The notes below the pieces were generated by a model that searched no databases, was not told where the DNA came from, and saw only the letters and a list, made by a program, of their open reading frames with translations. A DNA stretch of 35,964 nt from a virus (Duplodnaviria; Heunggongvirae; Uroviricota; Caudoviricetes): IMG/VR virus record IMGVR_UViG_2541047714_000007; one strand, 5' to 3'. Made by a program: the position numbers and the translations under genes. Position 1 is the stretch's first letter. Every line of letters starts with the position of its first letter. Of this stretch, positions 26,178-34,945 are shown in pieces.

Positions 26178-27947
26178 ATGAATGCTGCCCTGACTGAACG
26201 ACTGGTTTATGTCGCCCGCGCGGCACGTGACGCGGGGCATGGTAAACGCGGTGCAATATATGACGCTGCCTGTGCTGAACTTGGCATGTCCCGCGCCACT
26301 CTGCTGCGCAGGCTGAAGGAGGTCTCTGTGACTGATAAACGCAAAAAACGCGCCGATGCCGGGCGCAGCGCCCTGACCCGCGACGAAGCCGCGCTGATAT
26401 CTGCCACACTGCGTGAGGCCACCCGCAAGAACGGTAAGCGTCTCTATTCCATCGCAGATGCAGTGGAAACCCTGCGGGCTAACGGCTTTATCACCGCAGG
26501 CAGAACAGATGAAACCACCGGTGAGTTTTTCCCGTTGTCCGAAGATGCCATCAGTCGTGCCCTGCGTAACTATGGCCTGCACCCGGAACAACTGGATGCC
26601 CCTGCGCCGCATACCGAAGTGGCCAGTCTGCATCCCAATCATGTCTGGCAGATTGACGCCTCACTCTGCACGCTTTACTACCTGAGCAATGGACATAAAG
26701 GGCTGCAGGTGATGGACAGCGCGAAGTTCTACAAGAACAAGCCCGCTAACCTTGCCCGTATCGCCAGTGACCGCGTGTGGAGTTACGAGATTACCGACCA
26801 TGCCAGCGGCTGGATTTACGTTGAGTATGTGACGGGCGCGGAATCCGGTGAGAACCTGTGTTCTGTGCTTATCAACGCCATGCAGGAGCGTGGCGGCGCA
26901 GACGTGCTGCACGGCGTGCCGAAAATACTCTATCTCGACCCCGGCTCGGCAAACACCGCGGGTATGACGAAAAACATGTGCCGCTCACTGGGCATCGACC
27001 TGATAGCGCACAAGCCGCATAACGCCCGCGCCACCGGACAGGTGGAAAAGGCGCGTGACATTATCGAACGCAAGCTGGAGCCGGGTCTGAAGTTCCAGCC
27101 GGTTCACAGTCTGGAAGAACTCAACGCGCTGGCCGCGAAATGGCGCAGCCACTTTAACGCCACGGCTGTTCACAGCCGCCACGGTAAAACCCGCACGGAT
27201 ATCTGGCTGAAGATTACTGCTGAGCAGCTGAAAAAAGCGCCTTCCGTTGAGGTATGCCGTGAACTGGCTGTGGCGGCACCAGAACTCCGCAAAGTCACGC
27301 CAAAACTTCGTGTCTCGTTCCGGGGCACTGAATTTGACGTATCAACGGTACCTGACGTACTGGTCGGTGAAAAACTGATGATTACCCGTAACCCGTGGCG
27401 CAGCGATGTGGCACAGGTGGTTCTGACCGGTGAGGACGGCCACGAGACGTTCTTCCTGGTCGAAGAGGTCAGAAAGAACGAGTTTGGCTTTGCTGAAGGC
27501 GCGGCGGTATTTGGCGAAAGTTACAAAGCCCTGCCGGAAACCCCGGCACAGATGGCGGCAAAAGAAACCGAAGCGCTGGTTACCGGTACAGACAACGCCG
27601 CAGATGCAGCCGCCGCACGCAAGGCGAAGGCGCTGCCGTTCGGCGGGCAGCTTGACCCGTATAAACATATCGACGACACCACACTTCCGGCCTATATGCC
27701 GAAGCGTGGTCAGGCCTCTGACGTACGCGGGCCGCGCACTGAACAACGTCCCATGACTCATGTGGAGGCCGCGAAAGCCCTGCGCGATAAGTTCAGCGCC
27801 GACGGCCTTACCTGGACGCCGGAACATTACCGCCAGTTAACGGCACAGTACCCGGACGGCGTACCGGAAGCCGCACTGGATGAAGTCATGGCCACGCTGA
27901 CCACACCGGCCCGCAGCAGTGTTATCAGCATTGTTAACGGCAACTGA
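26178..27947 (+). CDS. DDE transposase, MuA-like (integrase catalytic core)
   Basis: Candidate DDE triad in HVWQIDAS, ILYLDPGSANTAG and ATGQVEKA, with spacing typical of rve-type cores; followed immediately by a MuB-like ATPase gene; GGAGG upstream. Confidence 0.85.
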   Translation: MNAALTERLVYVARAARDAGHGKRGAIYDAACAELGMSRATLLRRLKEVSVTDKRKKRADAGRSALTRDEAALISATLREATRKNGKRLYSIADAVETLRANGFITAGRTDETTGEFFPLSEDAISRALRNYGLHPEQLDAPAPHTEVASLHPNHVWQIDASLCTLYYLSNGHKGLQVMDSAKFYKNKPANLARIASDRVWSYEITDHASGWIYVEYVTGAESGENLCSVLINAMQERGGADVLHGVPKILYLDPGSANTAGMTKNMCRSLGIDLIAHKPHNARATGQVEKARDIIERKLEPGLKFQPVHSLEELNALAAKWRSHFNATAVHSRHGKTRTDIWLKITAEQLKKAPSVEVCRELAVAAPELRKVTPKLRVSFRGTEFDVSTVPDVLVGEKLMITRNPWRSDVAQVVLTGEDGHETFFLVEEVRKNEFGFAEGAAVFGESYKALPETPAQMAAKETEALVTGTDNAADAAAARKAKALPFGGQLDPYKHIDDTTLPAYMPKRGQASDVRGPRTEQRPMTHVEAAKALRDKFSADGLTWTPEHYRQLTAQYPDGVPEAALDEVMATLTTPARSSVISIVNGN

Positions 27948-27957
27948 GGAGGGAAAC

Positions 27958-29124
27958 ATGCTGGTACTGAAGCAGCAACTGAAAGAGGCCCGTATTCCAC
28001 AGGCGGTGGTGGCGAGAGCTGTCGATGTTTCTGAGGCCACGCTGGCCCAGATTGTGAATCATAACGCGTGGCCCCGCACCAGCCCCGGAGAAGTGCGCCG
28101 GCGTCTTGCGTCCTGGCTGGAAAGTCAGGGGATTGATACAGCGAAGAGTTTTGATGCTGTACAGGGCGCGACCACGCCCCGTACAGCGGGTACCACAGAT
28201 AAAACGAGCCTCAGTGAGGAAGAGAATATGTTACTCAAAAAACAGGTGTTATTCCCGGCAACCAAAAAAGCGTTTGGTCTTTTCCGTGACCCGTTCGCCG
28301 ACGAAGCCATGCAGGGTTCTGATGATGTGTTCACCACCCCGGACATTCGCTACGTGCGTGAGGCGTTGTACCAGACAGCCCGTCATGGTGGGTTTATGGC
28401 CGTCATCGGTGAGTCCGGTGCGGGTAAATCCACGCTGCGCCGCGACCTGACTGAACGTATCAACCGCGAGAATGCGCCGGTAATTGTTATCGAGCCATAC
28501 ATCATCGCTATGGAAGACAACGATGTGAAAGGGAAAACCCTGAAGGCAGCAGCGATTGCCGAAGCCATTATCAGTACCATCGCACCACTGGAAAGCATCA
28601 GACGCAGTCAGGACGCCCGCTTTCGCCAGTTGCATCGCGTCCTGAAAGACAGCAGCCAGGCGGGGTTCAGCCACGTTCTGGTGATTGAGGAGGCCCACAG
28701 TCTGCCTATTCCGACACTGAAACACCTCAAACGCTTTTTTGAGCTGGAGTCCGGTTTCAAAAAACTGCTGTCCATCGTGCTGATTGGCCAGCCGGAACTG
28801 GCGACAAAACTGTCTGAACGCAATATGGAAGTCCGTGAAGTCGTTCAGCGCTGTGAGGTGGTCGAACTTCTGCCTCTGGACAATAACCTTGAAGAGTTTC
28901 TGACGTTCAAACTGCAACGGGCCGGTAAACAACTGACGGACATTATGGACGCCAGCGCAGTGGATGCCATACGCGCCCGCCTGAGCAATCCGGGAAGTCA
29001 TCGTAAAAATATGGTCAGCCTGCTGTATCCGCTGGCCGTCAGTAACCTGGTAATAGCCGCCATGAATCTGGCCGCTGAAATCGGGGTTCCACAGGTCAAC
29101 GCTGACGTTGTCAAAGGGGTTTAA
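27958..29124 (+). CDS. Transposition ATPase, MuB-like AAA+ protein
   Basis: Walker A GESGAGKST and Walker B-like HVLVIEEAH; N-terminal HTH-like segment. Start taken at the ATG at 27958 (MLVLKQ...) with GAGGAGGG upstream. Confidence 0.75.
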   Translation: MLVLKQQLKEARIPQAVVARAVDVSEATLAQIVNHNAWPRTSPGEVRRRLASWLESQGIDTAKSFDAVQGATTPRTAGTTDKTSLSEEENMLLKKQVLFPATKKAFGLFRDPFADEAMQGSDDVFTTPDIRYVREALYQTARHGGFMAVIGESGAGKSTLRRDLTERINRENAPVIVIEPYIIAMEDNDVKGKTLKAAAIAEAIISTIAPLESIRRSQDARFRQLHRVLKDSSQAGFSHVLVIEEAHSLPIPTLKHLKRFFELESGFKKLLSIVLIGQPELATKLSERNMEVREVVQRCEVVELLPLDNNLEEFLTFKLQRAGKQLTDIMDASAVDAIRARLSNPGSHRKNMVSLLYPLAVSNLVIAAMNLAAEIGVPQVNADVVKGV

Positions 29125-29126
29125 TA

Positions 29127-29396
29127 ATGAAATCCACCACAGGTATCAACCAGCAAATCAGCAAAGTGCAGTCAGCCATTATGGCGCTTAAGGCGACGAA
29201 CACGGATGTACAAAGCATCACCATCAGGGGTAACAAACCTGTCATCCGCGTTTCCCGGAGTGCGCATTGCATGCGCATGCTTGAGCAGGGAAAGGCCTGT
29301 TATCTGTATACCGGACATGACAACAGGGGACGTTTCCGTCAGGGCGTTTTCGAACTGCACGGCTGTCGCGTCGTGTGGCCGGAATCTTTGTGGTAA
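29127..29396 (+). CDS. Hypothetical small protein (position of Mu kil/cim)
   Basis: 89-aa ORF translationally coupled to the B-like gene. Confidence 0.45.
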   Translation: MKSTTGINQQISKVQSAIMALKATNTDVQSITIRGNKPVIRVSRSAHCMRMLEQGKACYLYTGHDNRGRFRQGVFELHGCRVVWPESLW

Positions 29397-29423
29397 TCAG
29401 CATAACCGGAGAAATCATAAAAT

Positions 29424-29954
29424 ATGGCAAAAAGTACAAAAGGGGCAAAACGTATCAAGTCCGCAGCGGCACTCTGGGTACCAGGGACACGCGAAGAGGT
29501 CATTGAGGGCATCAGACTGCTCGGTGACGCACAACGTGAACTGGTCAGGGCTGAAACAGAAATGAATGACGCCATTGGCGATATCACCGCACGTTATGCC
29601 CCGCTCACCGAGAGCCTGAAAAAACGCATGGCCGAACTGCAGTCCGGTATTCAGACATGGTGTGAGGCACACCGTGATGAACTGACCGGCAACGGGAAGG
29701 TGAAGTTTGCTAACCTCACCACCGGCGAGGTGCAGTGGCGAAACCGTCCGCCGTCAGTCAGCATTCGCGGAGCGGATAATGTTATTGAACTACTGAGACG
29801 TCTGGGGCTTGAGCGCTTTATTCGTGTAAAAGAGGAAATAAATAAAGACGCCATCCTGAATGAAAAAGAGGCCGTGAAAAATATTCCCGGTATTACCATA
29901 AAAAGCGATATTGAGGATTTTTCAATAATTCCTTTTGAGCAGGATGTGCAGTAA
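29424..29954 (+). CDS. gam: Gam-like host-nuclease inhibitor (DNA end-binding protein)
   Basis: 176 aa. Segments MAKSTKGAKRIKSAAA, TEMNDAI, WCEAHRDELT, VRPPSVSIRG and IEDFSIIPFEQ closely track my recollection of Mu Gam (174 aa). Confidence 0.85.
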   Translation: MAKSTKGAKRIKSAAALWVPGTREEVIEGIRLLGDAQRELVRAETEMNDAIGDITARYAPLTESLKKRMAELQSGIQTWCEAHRDELTGNGKVKFANLTTGEVQWRNRPPSVSIRGADNVIELLRRLGLERFIRVKEEINKDAILNEKEAVKNIPGITIKSDIEDFSIIPFEQDVQ

Positions 29955-30048
29955 ACACACCACGTTAATTATTTAATAAAAACATTTTCTTTTTTATTCC
30001 GGCGTCAGCGCCGCGGGCTTCTGCACGCCGGAAACAGGAGAATTCATC
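29955..30048 (+). promoter_or_regulatory. AT-rich tract plus GC-rich inverted repeat in the early operon
   Basis: TTAATTATTTAATAAAAACATTTTCTTTTTTATT followed by CCGGCGTCAG...CTGCACGCCGG inverted repeat, then AGGAG RBS of the next gene. Confidence 0.3.
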
Positions 30049-30243
30049 ATGATATTTAAATGTATTCAGTGCGAAAGAGATATTACAACCCTGCGTTTTC
30101 ACAGCGCCATCGCCGTGATGTCCGGTAAATACCACATCCCTGCGGTACGCGTCACCCTGGTCTGCCCGTACTGCAGCCAGCATTTTTCGGCAGATGTGCC
30201 CGTTATGGAGTTCTCACGCCCGGACAGGGAGGACGCGCAATGA
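30049..30243 (+). CDS. Small zinc-ribbon protein
   Basis: 64 aa with CxxC...CxxC (CIQCERD ... CPYCSQ); AGGAG upstream. Confidence 0.5.
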   Translation: MIFKCIQCERDITTLRFHSAIAVMSGKYHIPAVRVTLVCPYCSQHFSADVPVMEFSRPDREDAQ

Positions 30244-30512
30244 TTACCCCACAGGAAGCACATCAGCGCGCCCGCGCCCTTGTTGAACGGTACCTCAACG
30301 AGTGTGAATGCCGTGACCTCACCGATATCATGTGCGCCCTGACGGCGTTAATCAGCATGGCCACGCAGGCCATTGTGGCGACTAACGGAAAGGAGGCCGC
30401 CCTGCAGATACTGGTGAACACACTCACCCACGCGGCAGAGCACGAGGTGCCGTACCGGATGGAAATCACTGCAGAAGGCGATCTGCACATCATTGTTGAC
30501 CGGAAGCACTGA
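30240..30512 (+). CDS. Hypothetical protein
   Basis: 90-aa ORF translationally coupled to its neighbours. Confidence 0.45.
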   Translation: MITPQEAHQRARALVERYLNECECRDLTDIMCALTALISMATQAIVATNGKEAALQILVNTLTHAAEHEVPYRMEITAEGDLHIIVDRKH

Positions 30513-30521
30513 GGGCGCGGT

Positions 30522-30827
30522 ATGACACGGAACACCATACTCACACGCACTGCCCTCTATCGTCTGGCCCTGCAGCGTTTCGGGCCGGACGCACAGGCCC
30601 TGAAACTGACAGAAGAGGCCGCTGAACTGGCGGCCAGTGCCGCCCGCAACCTGAACGGACAGGGCAGCGAAAGTGACCTCGCGGCAGAGCTGGCAGACGT
30701 GGAAATCATGACAGAGCAGTTGCGCCTTCAGGGGATGGGCCGGCTGATTGACTTCCACAAACAGAAAAAACTGGAACGCCTTGCCGCACGGCTGGGCGTC
30801 ATGTACACCGGAGATACTGAACAATGA
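30522..30827 (+). CDS. MazG-like nucleotide pyrophosphohydrolase (small all-alpha NTP-PPase)
   Basis: 101 aa with an E-x2-E ... E-x2-D arrangement (LTEEAAELAA ... AAELADVEIM) typical of MazG-like domains. Confidence 0.55.
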   Translation: MTRNTILTRTALYRLALQRFGPDAQALKLTEEAAELAASAARNLNGQGSESDLAAELADVEIMTEQLRLQGMGRLIDFHKQKKLERLAARLGVMYTGDTEQ

Positions 30828-31507
30828 CAGACCAGAATAAACACATTGAGAAATTGAAAAAGTTGCTGGCGCTGGCCGCATCCGGCAACCCACACGAGGC
30901 CGCTCTGGCACTGCGCCGTGCCCGTAAACTGATGGATGTTCACGGCATCACACATTCCGACATTGCCATGAGTGATATTGATGAAACCATCAGTCATTAC
31001 TGGCCGACAGGCAGTCTCCGTCCACCGCGCTACATGCTGGGCCTGATGAACATCATCCGCGAGGCATTTGGTGTTAACTCCATCATTCACCCCGGCACAT
31101 ATCCGGGTGTGGGGTTCTACGGCAACCGGGAACGTGCGGCACTGGCTGCATACACCTGGGAAGTGCTGGCCCGTCAGCTGAAAAAGGCGCGTCAGCAGTA
31201 TATCAGCACACAGAACAAAAGAATAAAAACTGCCACCCGTACCAGCCGTGGTGACCAGTTTGCTGAAGGCTGGGTGCTGGCCGTTATCAGTGAAATACAG
31301 TCCTTCGCCCTGACCGATGACGAACGTGAACTGATGCAGCAGTGGCTGGAACATAAATACCCGCAAACGCAAACCACCAGAGCGCGTAAACCGGGAAGAA
31401 GCCGCAATGGCGACGCCTCGCGCTATGCGGGGTTTCGTGAAGGGCAGAACGTCAGACTGCACCGCCCGGTCAGTGGGCAGGCACAACAGAAACTGGAGGC
31501 CAGATGA
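30824..31507 (+). CDS. Hypothetical protein with DUF2786-like N-terminal region
   Basis: 227 aa; N-terminus IEKLKKLLALAASGNPHEAALALRRARKLM resembles a widespread phage/plasmid domain of unknown function. Confidence 0.5.
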   Translation: MTDQNKHIEKLKKLLALAASGNPHEAALALRRARKLMDVHGITHSDIAMSDIDETISHYWPTGSLRPPRYMLGLMNIIREAFGVNSIIHPGTYPGVGFYGNRERAALAAYTWEVLARQLKKARQQYISTQNKRIKTATRTSRGDQFAEGWVLAVISEIQSFALTDDERELMQQWLEHKYPQTQTTRARKPGRSRNGDASRYAGFREGQNVRLHRPVSGQAQQKLEAR

Positions 31508-31734
31508 TTACGCTATCAGGTAAAAGCCGGAAATTAAAAGCCTGCCGAATATCTGCCAGATACCTTTTTGCCCGCGCCTTTTTTAAGAACGTCAGGCCGG
31601 GGATCACAATTGGTGTTATTGCCGGACGCGAACAGGTTGAAAAATACATGTCAGGTGCATGGTGGGATAACGACCCTGTCATTGCTGCCCGTAATATTCA
31701 TATCAGTTGGGGGGATATTCAGAATGACGGCTGA
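31504..31734 (+). CDS. Hypothetical small protein
   Basis: 76-aa ORF overlapping its neighbours at start and stop. Confidence 0.4.
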   Translation: MITLSGKSRKLKACRISARYLFARAFFKNVRPGITIGVIAGREQVEKYMSGAWWDNDPVIAARNIHISWGDIQNDG

Positions 31735-31939
31735 ATCTGTTGTATGTGCCCTGTTCTGGTATTGTTTTGTCGGTTGGTGTACTGCTGAACTGCACCGCCG
31801 TTCAGGGTTTTATTCACGTTACAGTGGTGCCGGCTACTGGATTAGCTGGTCGGTGATGTTCCTGTGCTGGCCTGTGGCGCTTCCTTTATATGTCGATTAT
31901 ATCGGTGGCGCAGGTAAAAGGAGCAACGATGATGACTAA
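31724..31939 (+). CDS. Small hydrophobic protein
   Basis: Start taken at the ATG at 31724 (MTAESVVCALFWYCFVGWCTAEL...); two hydrophobic segments. Confidence 0.4.
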   Translation: MTAESVVCALFWYCFVGWCTAELHRRSGFYSRYSGAGYWISWSVMFLCWPVALPLYVDYIGGAGKRSNDDD

Positions 31940-32381
31940 ACAACGTCTTATCCAGCTCATTCATATTGCCCGTAATGAACTGGGTATGGATGAAGACACC
32001 TACCGCCAGATGTTACAGGGGCTGACCGGTAAAGCCTCAACCAAAGGAATGGATACCACACAACTAAACTGCGTGCTGGAATCCATGAAAAAGAAAGGCT
32101 TTCGCGTTAAACCAGCCAGAAAAGCCAGCTCCGGTTTACCGCTGGATAACCATCCGCAGTCCAGGAAAATTCGTGCGCTATGGCTTGAAATGGCTGCTGC
32201 CGGCATTGTTCGTGACCGTTCAGAAAATGCATTAGCGAGGTGGATCAAGCGGGAAACGGGCATCAGCGCCCTGCGCTGGCTCAGTACTGAACAGGCAAGC
32301 AGTGTTATTGAGAAACTGAAGAAGTGGCAGCGCAGAGCTGCGGGAGTCAAACATGAGCGACCTGAATCAGTTTCGAAGTAA
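31929..32381 (+). CDS. gemA: GemA-like protein (Mu gp16 family)
   Basis: Start at ATGATG 31929 with AAGGAG upstream; sits immediately upstream of the Mor-like gene, as gemA does in Mu. Confidence 0.65.
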   Translation: MMTKQRLIQLIHIARNELGMDEDTYRQMLQGLTGKASTKGMDTTQLNCVLESMKKKGFRVKPARKASSGLPLDNHPQSRKIRALWLEMAAAGIVRDRSENALARWIKRETGISALRWLSTEQASSVIEKLKKWQRRAAGVKHERPESVSK

Positions 32382-32739
32382 AGGGCCGGAACTCCTGGTG
32401 GAGCTGGCACAGCATACCTCTGAGACCGTTCGCGAGATTATTGATATTGAGCCCGAAGTTGCCGACCAGATTGGTCAGGCCGTCGCGAACCGCATGATGC
32501 AGGTCTGGGGCGGGCAAAACGTTTATTTTCCTATGGGGATGAGATGGAAGATAAGCCAGCGTGACCGTGAAATCTATGAGGCGTTTAACGGACGTAACCA
32601 CCACGAACTGTCCCGCAGATTCAGGGTTTCAGTTCCCTGGATTTACAACCTGGTGAAGCGCGTAAGAAAGGAAGAAATCAGCCGGTTGCAGGGGCAGTTA
32701 TTCGAAGACGATGATGAACCGGATGACAGCCGGGATTAA
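32353..32739 (+). CDS. mor: Mor/C-family transcriptional activator
   Basis: 128 aa, acidic C-terminus, central region ...YFPMGMRWKISQRDREIYEAFNGRNHHELSRRFRVSVPWIYNLVKRVR... characteristic of the Mor family; located at the end of the early operon. Confidence 0.75.
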   Translation: MSDLNQFRSKGPELLVELAQHTSETVREIIDIEPEVADQIGQAVANRMMQVWGGQNVYFPMGMRWKISQRDREIYEAFNGRNHHELSRRFRVSVPWIYNLVKRVRKEEISRLQGQLFEDDDEPDDSRD

Positions 32740-32756
32740 TCAAAAGCGAGGTGATA

Positions 32757-32993
32757 ATGCGCTATAAAACCCCCAACAGCGCCCCCCTGAAGAAGGCAGA
32801 CCATGCAGATATGGCGATGGAAATTATCCGGCATTTTTTTGACGGTCTGACTTCTGCTGAGGCGAGATATGTTCTCCGGGAATGCGACAGGCTGATTGAC
32901 AACTCGCGCCTGCATATCGGGCCTGATGAAAATTGTGTTTTGTATTACGGGAAAGTTTTACGTAACCCACCACCACCGCCACCAAAGTGTTAA
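32757..32993 (+). CDS. Hypothetical small protein with poly-Pro C-terminus
   Basis: Start at the ATG at 32757 with GCGAGG 6 nt upstream; ends ...NPPPPPPKC. Confidence 0.4.
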   Translation: MRYKTPNSAPLKKADHADMAMEIIRHFFDGLTSAEARYVLRECDRLIDNSRLHIGPDENCVLYYGKVLRNPPPPPPKC

Positions 32994-33021
32994 CGAACGT
33001 CAATAAATTCCCGGTTTATGA

Positions 33022-33055
33022 AAAGCGCAATGGATAACCTGTTGCGCTTTTTTTA
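33022..33055 (+). terminator. Rho-independent terminator at the end of the early operon
   Basis: Stem AAAGCGCAA (33022-33030) / TTGCGCTTT (33042-33050) with an 11-nt loop, followed by a T-run. Confidence 0.65.
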
Positions 33056-33087
33056 TTCTGGCAGAAAAACATATCACCGGAGGAAAT

Positions 33088-33732
33088 ATGTTTGATGCAT
33101 CCTTGCTGAATCTGCCATGGGCAACGCTGGTGACGCTCACCAGTGGTTATATCGGCTATTTTATTGCGAACGTGGGGCTGAAGAACCATCACAAACCCAT
33201 TGAGGTGACGTTTTCGACGCTGATTTTTGGTTTGCTGTCAATGATGGTTTACCAGGCTGTTATGTGGGCAGGTCTGAATTCGTGGCTGGCGACACCTCCA
33301 ACACTTCTTTGCGCTTTTGCATACGCTGCATTATGGAGAAAATATGGGCGTAAATGGATGTACAGATTCCTCAGAAATAAGGATATATCATGGTCTGATG
33401 ATACCCCCTCTGCCTGGATGCGTATGTTTGATCAACATGGATACTATATCAGCGAGGCGTATGTCTATCTGAAGAATGGTACTGTGCTGCTTTCTGAAAA
33501 TCCGGGGAAATTTGAAGGCCAGGCCAGCGGTTCTTTTGTGTTAGGAGTGGAAAAAGACATAGTGATGTATGTCACTCATGAAAAAAAACCGGGGCGCGAT
33601 GAATGGATTGAAAAAGATGTTGAAAGTAAAAGCTGGGGAGCGATGGCAACCTATATCCCTGCAGATCAGATTGCCATGGTGAGGATCAGACGAACCAGAA
33701 ATAAAGCTATTAGCGCACGGCAGAAAGATTAG
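33088..33732 (+). CDS. Membrane protein (3 predicted TM helices + soluble C-terminal domain), function unknown
   Basis: 214 aa; hydrophobic segments WATLVTLTSGYIGYFIANVGL, VTFSTLIFGLLSMMVYQAVMWAGL and PPTLLCAFAYAALW; GGAGG upstream; gene visibly more AT-rich than the flanking phage genes. Confidence 0.6.
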   Translation: MFDASLLNLPWATLVTLTSGYIGYFIANVGLKNHHKPIEVTFSTLIFGLLSMMVYQAVMWAGLNSWLATPPTLLCAFAYAALWRKYGRKWMYRFLRNKDISWSDDTPSAWMRMFDQHGYYISEAYVYLKNGTVLLSENPGKFEGQASGSFVLGVEKDIVMYVTHEKKPGRDEWIEKDVESKSWGAMATYIPADQIAMVRIRRTRNKAISARQKD

Positions 33733-34027
33733 TCCCGTGGTGGCGGTGCATCGTCATCAGACTGAGAAGAACGGTTATCTGATGAATCGCCTGATGGTCC
33801 ATAACGTTCTGACTCAAAGGTAACGCATCCTTTCATATCTTCGGAAAAGTCAGATGGGTTGCTATTTTTATCGGGCATGGGCAATATTTCTCCATTCACG
33901 GAACACGGATTAGAAATTTTACCACTCATATTCTCTGTTTTTTGTGAACTGCTACCGTTTCACATACAGCAAAACAATTTCATAAAATTATTCGGTAGCA
34001 TTCGTTTTAACCCACTCCCGTTCGAAA

Positions 34028-34060
34028 TTATCTCACGAATCACCATTCATTTATCTCACG
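34028..34060 (+). repeat. Direct repeat TTATCTCACG x2 in an AT-rich non-coding region
   Basis: Copies at 34028-34037 and 34051-34060, 23 bp apart, upstream of the TraR-like gene. Confidence 0.4.
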
Positions 34061-34120
34061 TCCCTTCACATTGATTCAGCATCAGAAATCGAAGAATTAC
34101 AGCGCAATACAGCAATAAAA

Positions 34121-34276
34121 ATGCGTCGTCTGAACTACCAGACTGTATCCGCAACTCATTGTTGTGAGTGTGGCGATCCGATAGATGAGCGAAGACGCCT
34201 GGCTGTTCAGGGTTGTCGGACTTGTGCAAGTTGCCAGGAGGAGATCGAACTTAAGAACAAACAATGGGGACTATGA
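34121..34276 (+). CDS. TraR/DksA-family C4 zinc-finger protein
   Basis: 51-aa ORF (below the ORF-track size cut-off) MRRLNYQTVSATHCCECGDPIDERRRLAVQGCRTCASCQEEIELKNKQWGL with the C-x2-C-x17-C-x2-C spacing of the DksA/TraR family. Confidence 0.55.
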   Translation: MRRLNYQTVSATHCCECGDPIDERRRLAVQGCRTCASCQEEIELKNKQWGL

Positions 34277-34323
34277 TGGCCTCAAAGCAGCAAATTTCAA
34301 CATCGTCCAACTGAGGTGTAAAA

Positions 34324-34602
34324 ATGTTCAGAATCATTTTTCCTAACACCTGGTACGTCGACCACCACGGCACTCCCTGCAAAATCCTGCGTTCTACCCA
34401 CAACAAAGTTCACTACATCCGAAAAGGCAGAACATGTATCGCCAGCATGTTCCGCTTTAATCATGACTTTGAACCTGTGAATAAAGCTGATGCAGATCGG
34501 ATAGCAGAAGAGATCGAAACGGCAGAACACATTAAGAAGTTACGTGACATGCGTTCAAAAAGCAGAGGTAACCATGGAATCATACAGCCTCACACTCGAT
34601 GA
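34324..34602 (+). CDS. Hypothetical protein
   Basis: 92-aa ORF with GAGGTG 5 nt upstream of the ATG; 3' end overlaps the excisionase start. Confidence 0.45.
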   Translation: MFRIIFPNTWYVDHHGTPCKILRSTHNKVHYIRKGRTCIASMFRFNHDFEPVNKADADRIAEEIETAEHIKKLRDMRSKSRGNHGIIQPHTR

Positions 34603-34945
34603 GGCCTGTCAGTTTCTTAAGATATCCAGACCAACCGCCACCAACTGGATACGAACAGGCCGCCTACAGGCAACACGTAAAGATCCAACCAAGCCAAAAT
34701 CTCCTTACCTCACAACACGGCAAGCCTGCATTGCGGCGCTTCAGTCTCCGCTGCATACTGTCCAGGTGAGCGCGGGTGATGGCATAACAGAGGAAAGAAA
34801 ATGTCACTCTTCCGCAGAAATGAAATATGGTATGCCTCGTATTCGCTCCCGGGCGGGAAACGAATTAAGGAATCTCTTGGCACAAAGGACAAGCGGCAAG
34901 CTCAGGAGTTGCACGACAAGCGAAAAGCAGAACTCTGGCGAGTAG
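34574..34945 (+). CDS. xis: Excisionase (Xis-family DNA-binding protein); 3' end uncertain
   Basis: Start at the ATG at 34574 ([32 protein letters not shown]...) with GAGGT 4 nt upstream. The open frame overlaps the integrase start by 145 nt. Confidence 0.6.
   Translation: MESYSLTLDEACQFLKISRPTATNWIRTGRLQATRKDPTKPKSPYLTTRQACIAALQSPLHTVQVSAGDGITEERKCHSSAEMKYGMPRIRSRAGNELRNLLAQRTSGKLRSCTTSEKQNSGE

Larger units (their letters stand above)
1..33055. mobile_element. Mu-like transposable prophage with divergent late and early operons (left boundary outside window; right boundary approximate)
   Basis: Co-occurrence of MuA-like DDE transposase, MuB-like ATPase, Gam, GemA, Mor and Mu-type head genes with a contractile tail module. 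Ends were not identified. Confidence 0.55.

Noticed and set aside
26127-29001. Minus-strand ORFs antisense to the transposase and B genes (26127..26642, 27342..27827, 28249..29001)
   Set aside because: Antisense to well-supported plus-strand genes with clear RBSs and motifs; no independent support.
33859-34074. 71-aa plus-strand ORF in the AT-rich region
   Set aside because: No RBS, no motifs, lies across the repeat-containing non-coding stretch; likely non-coding.
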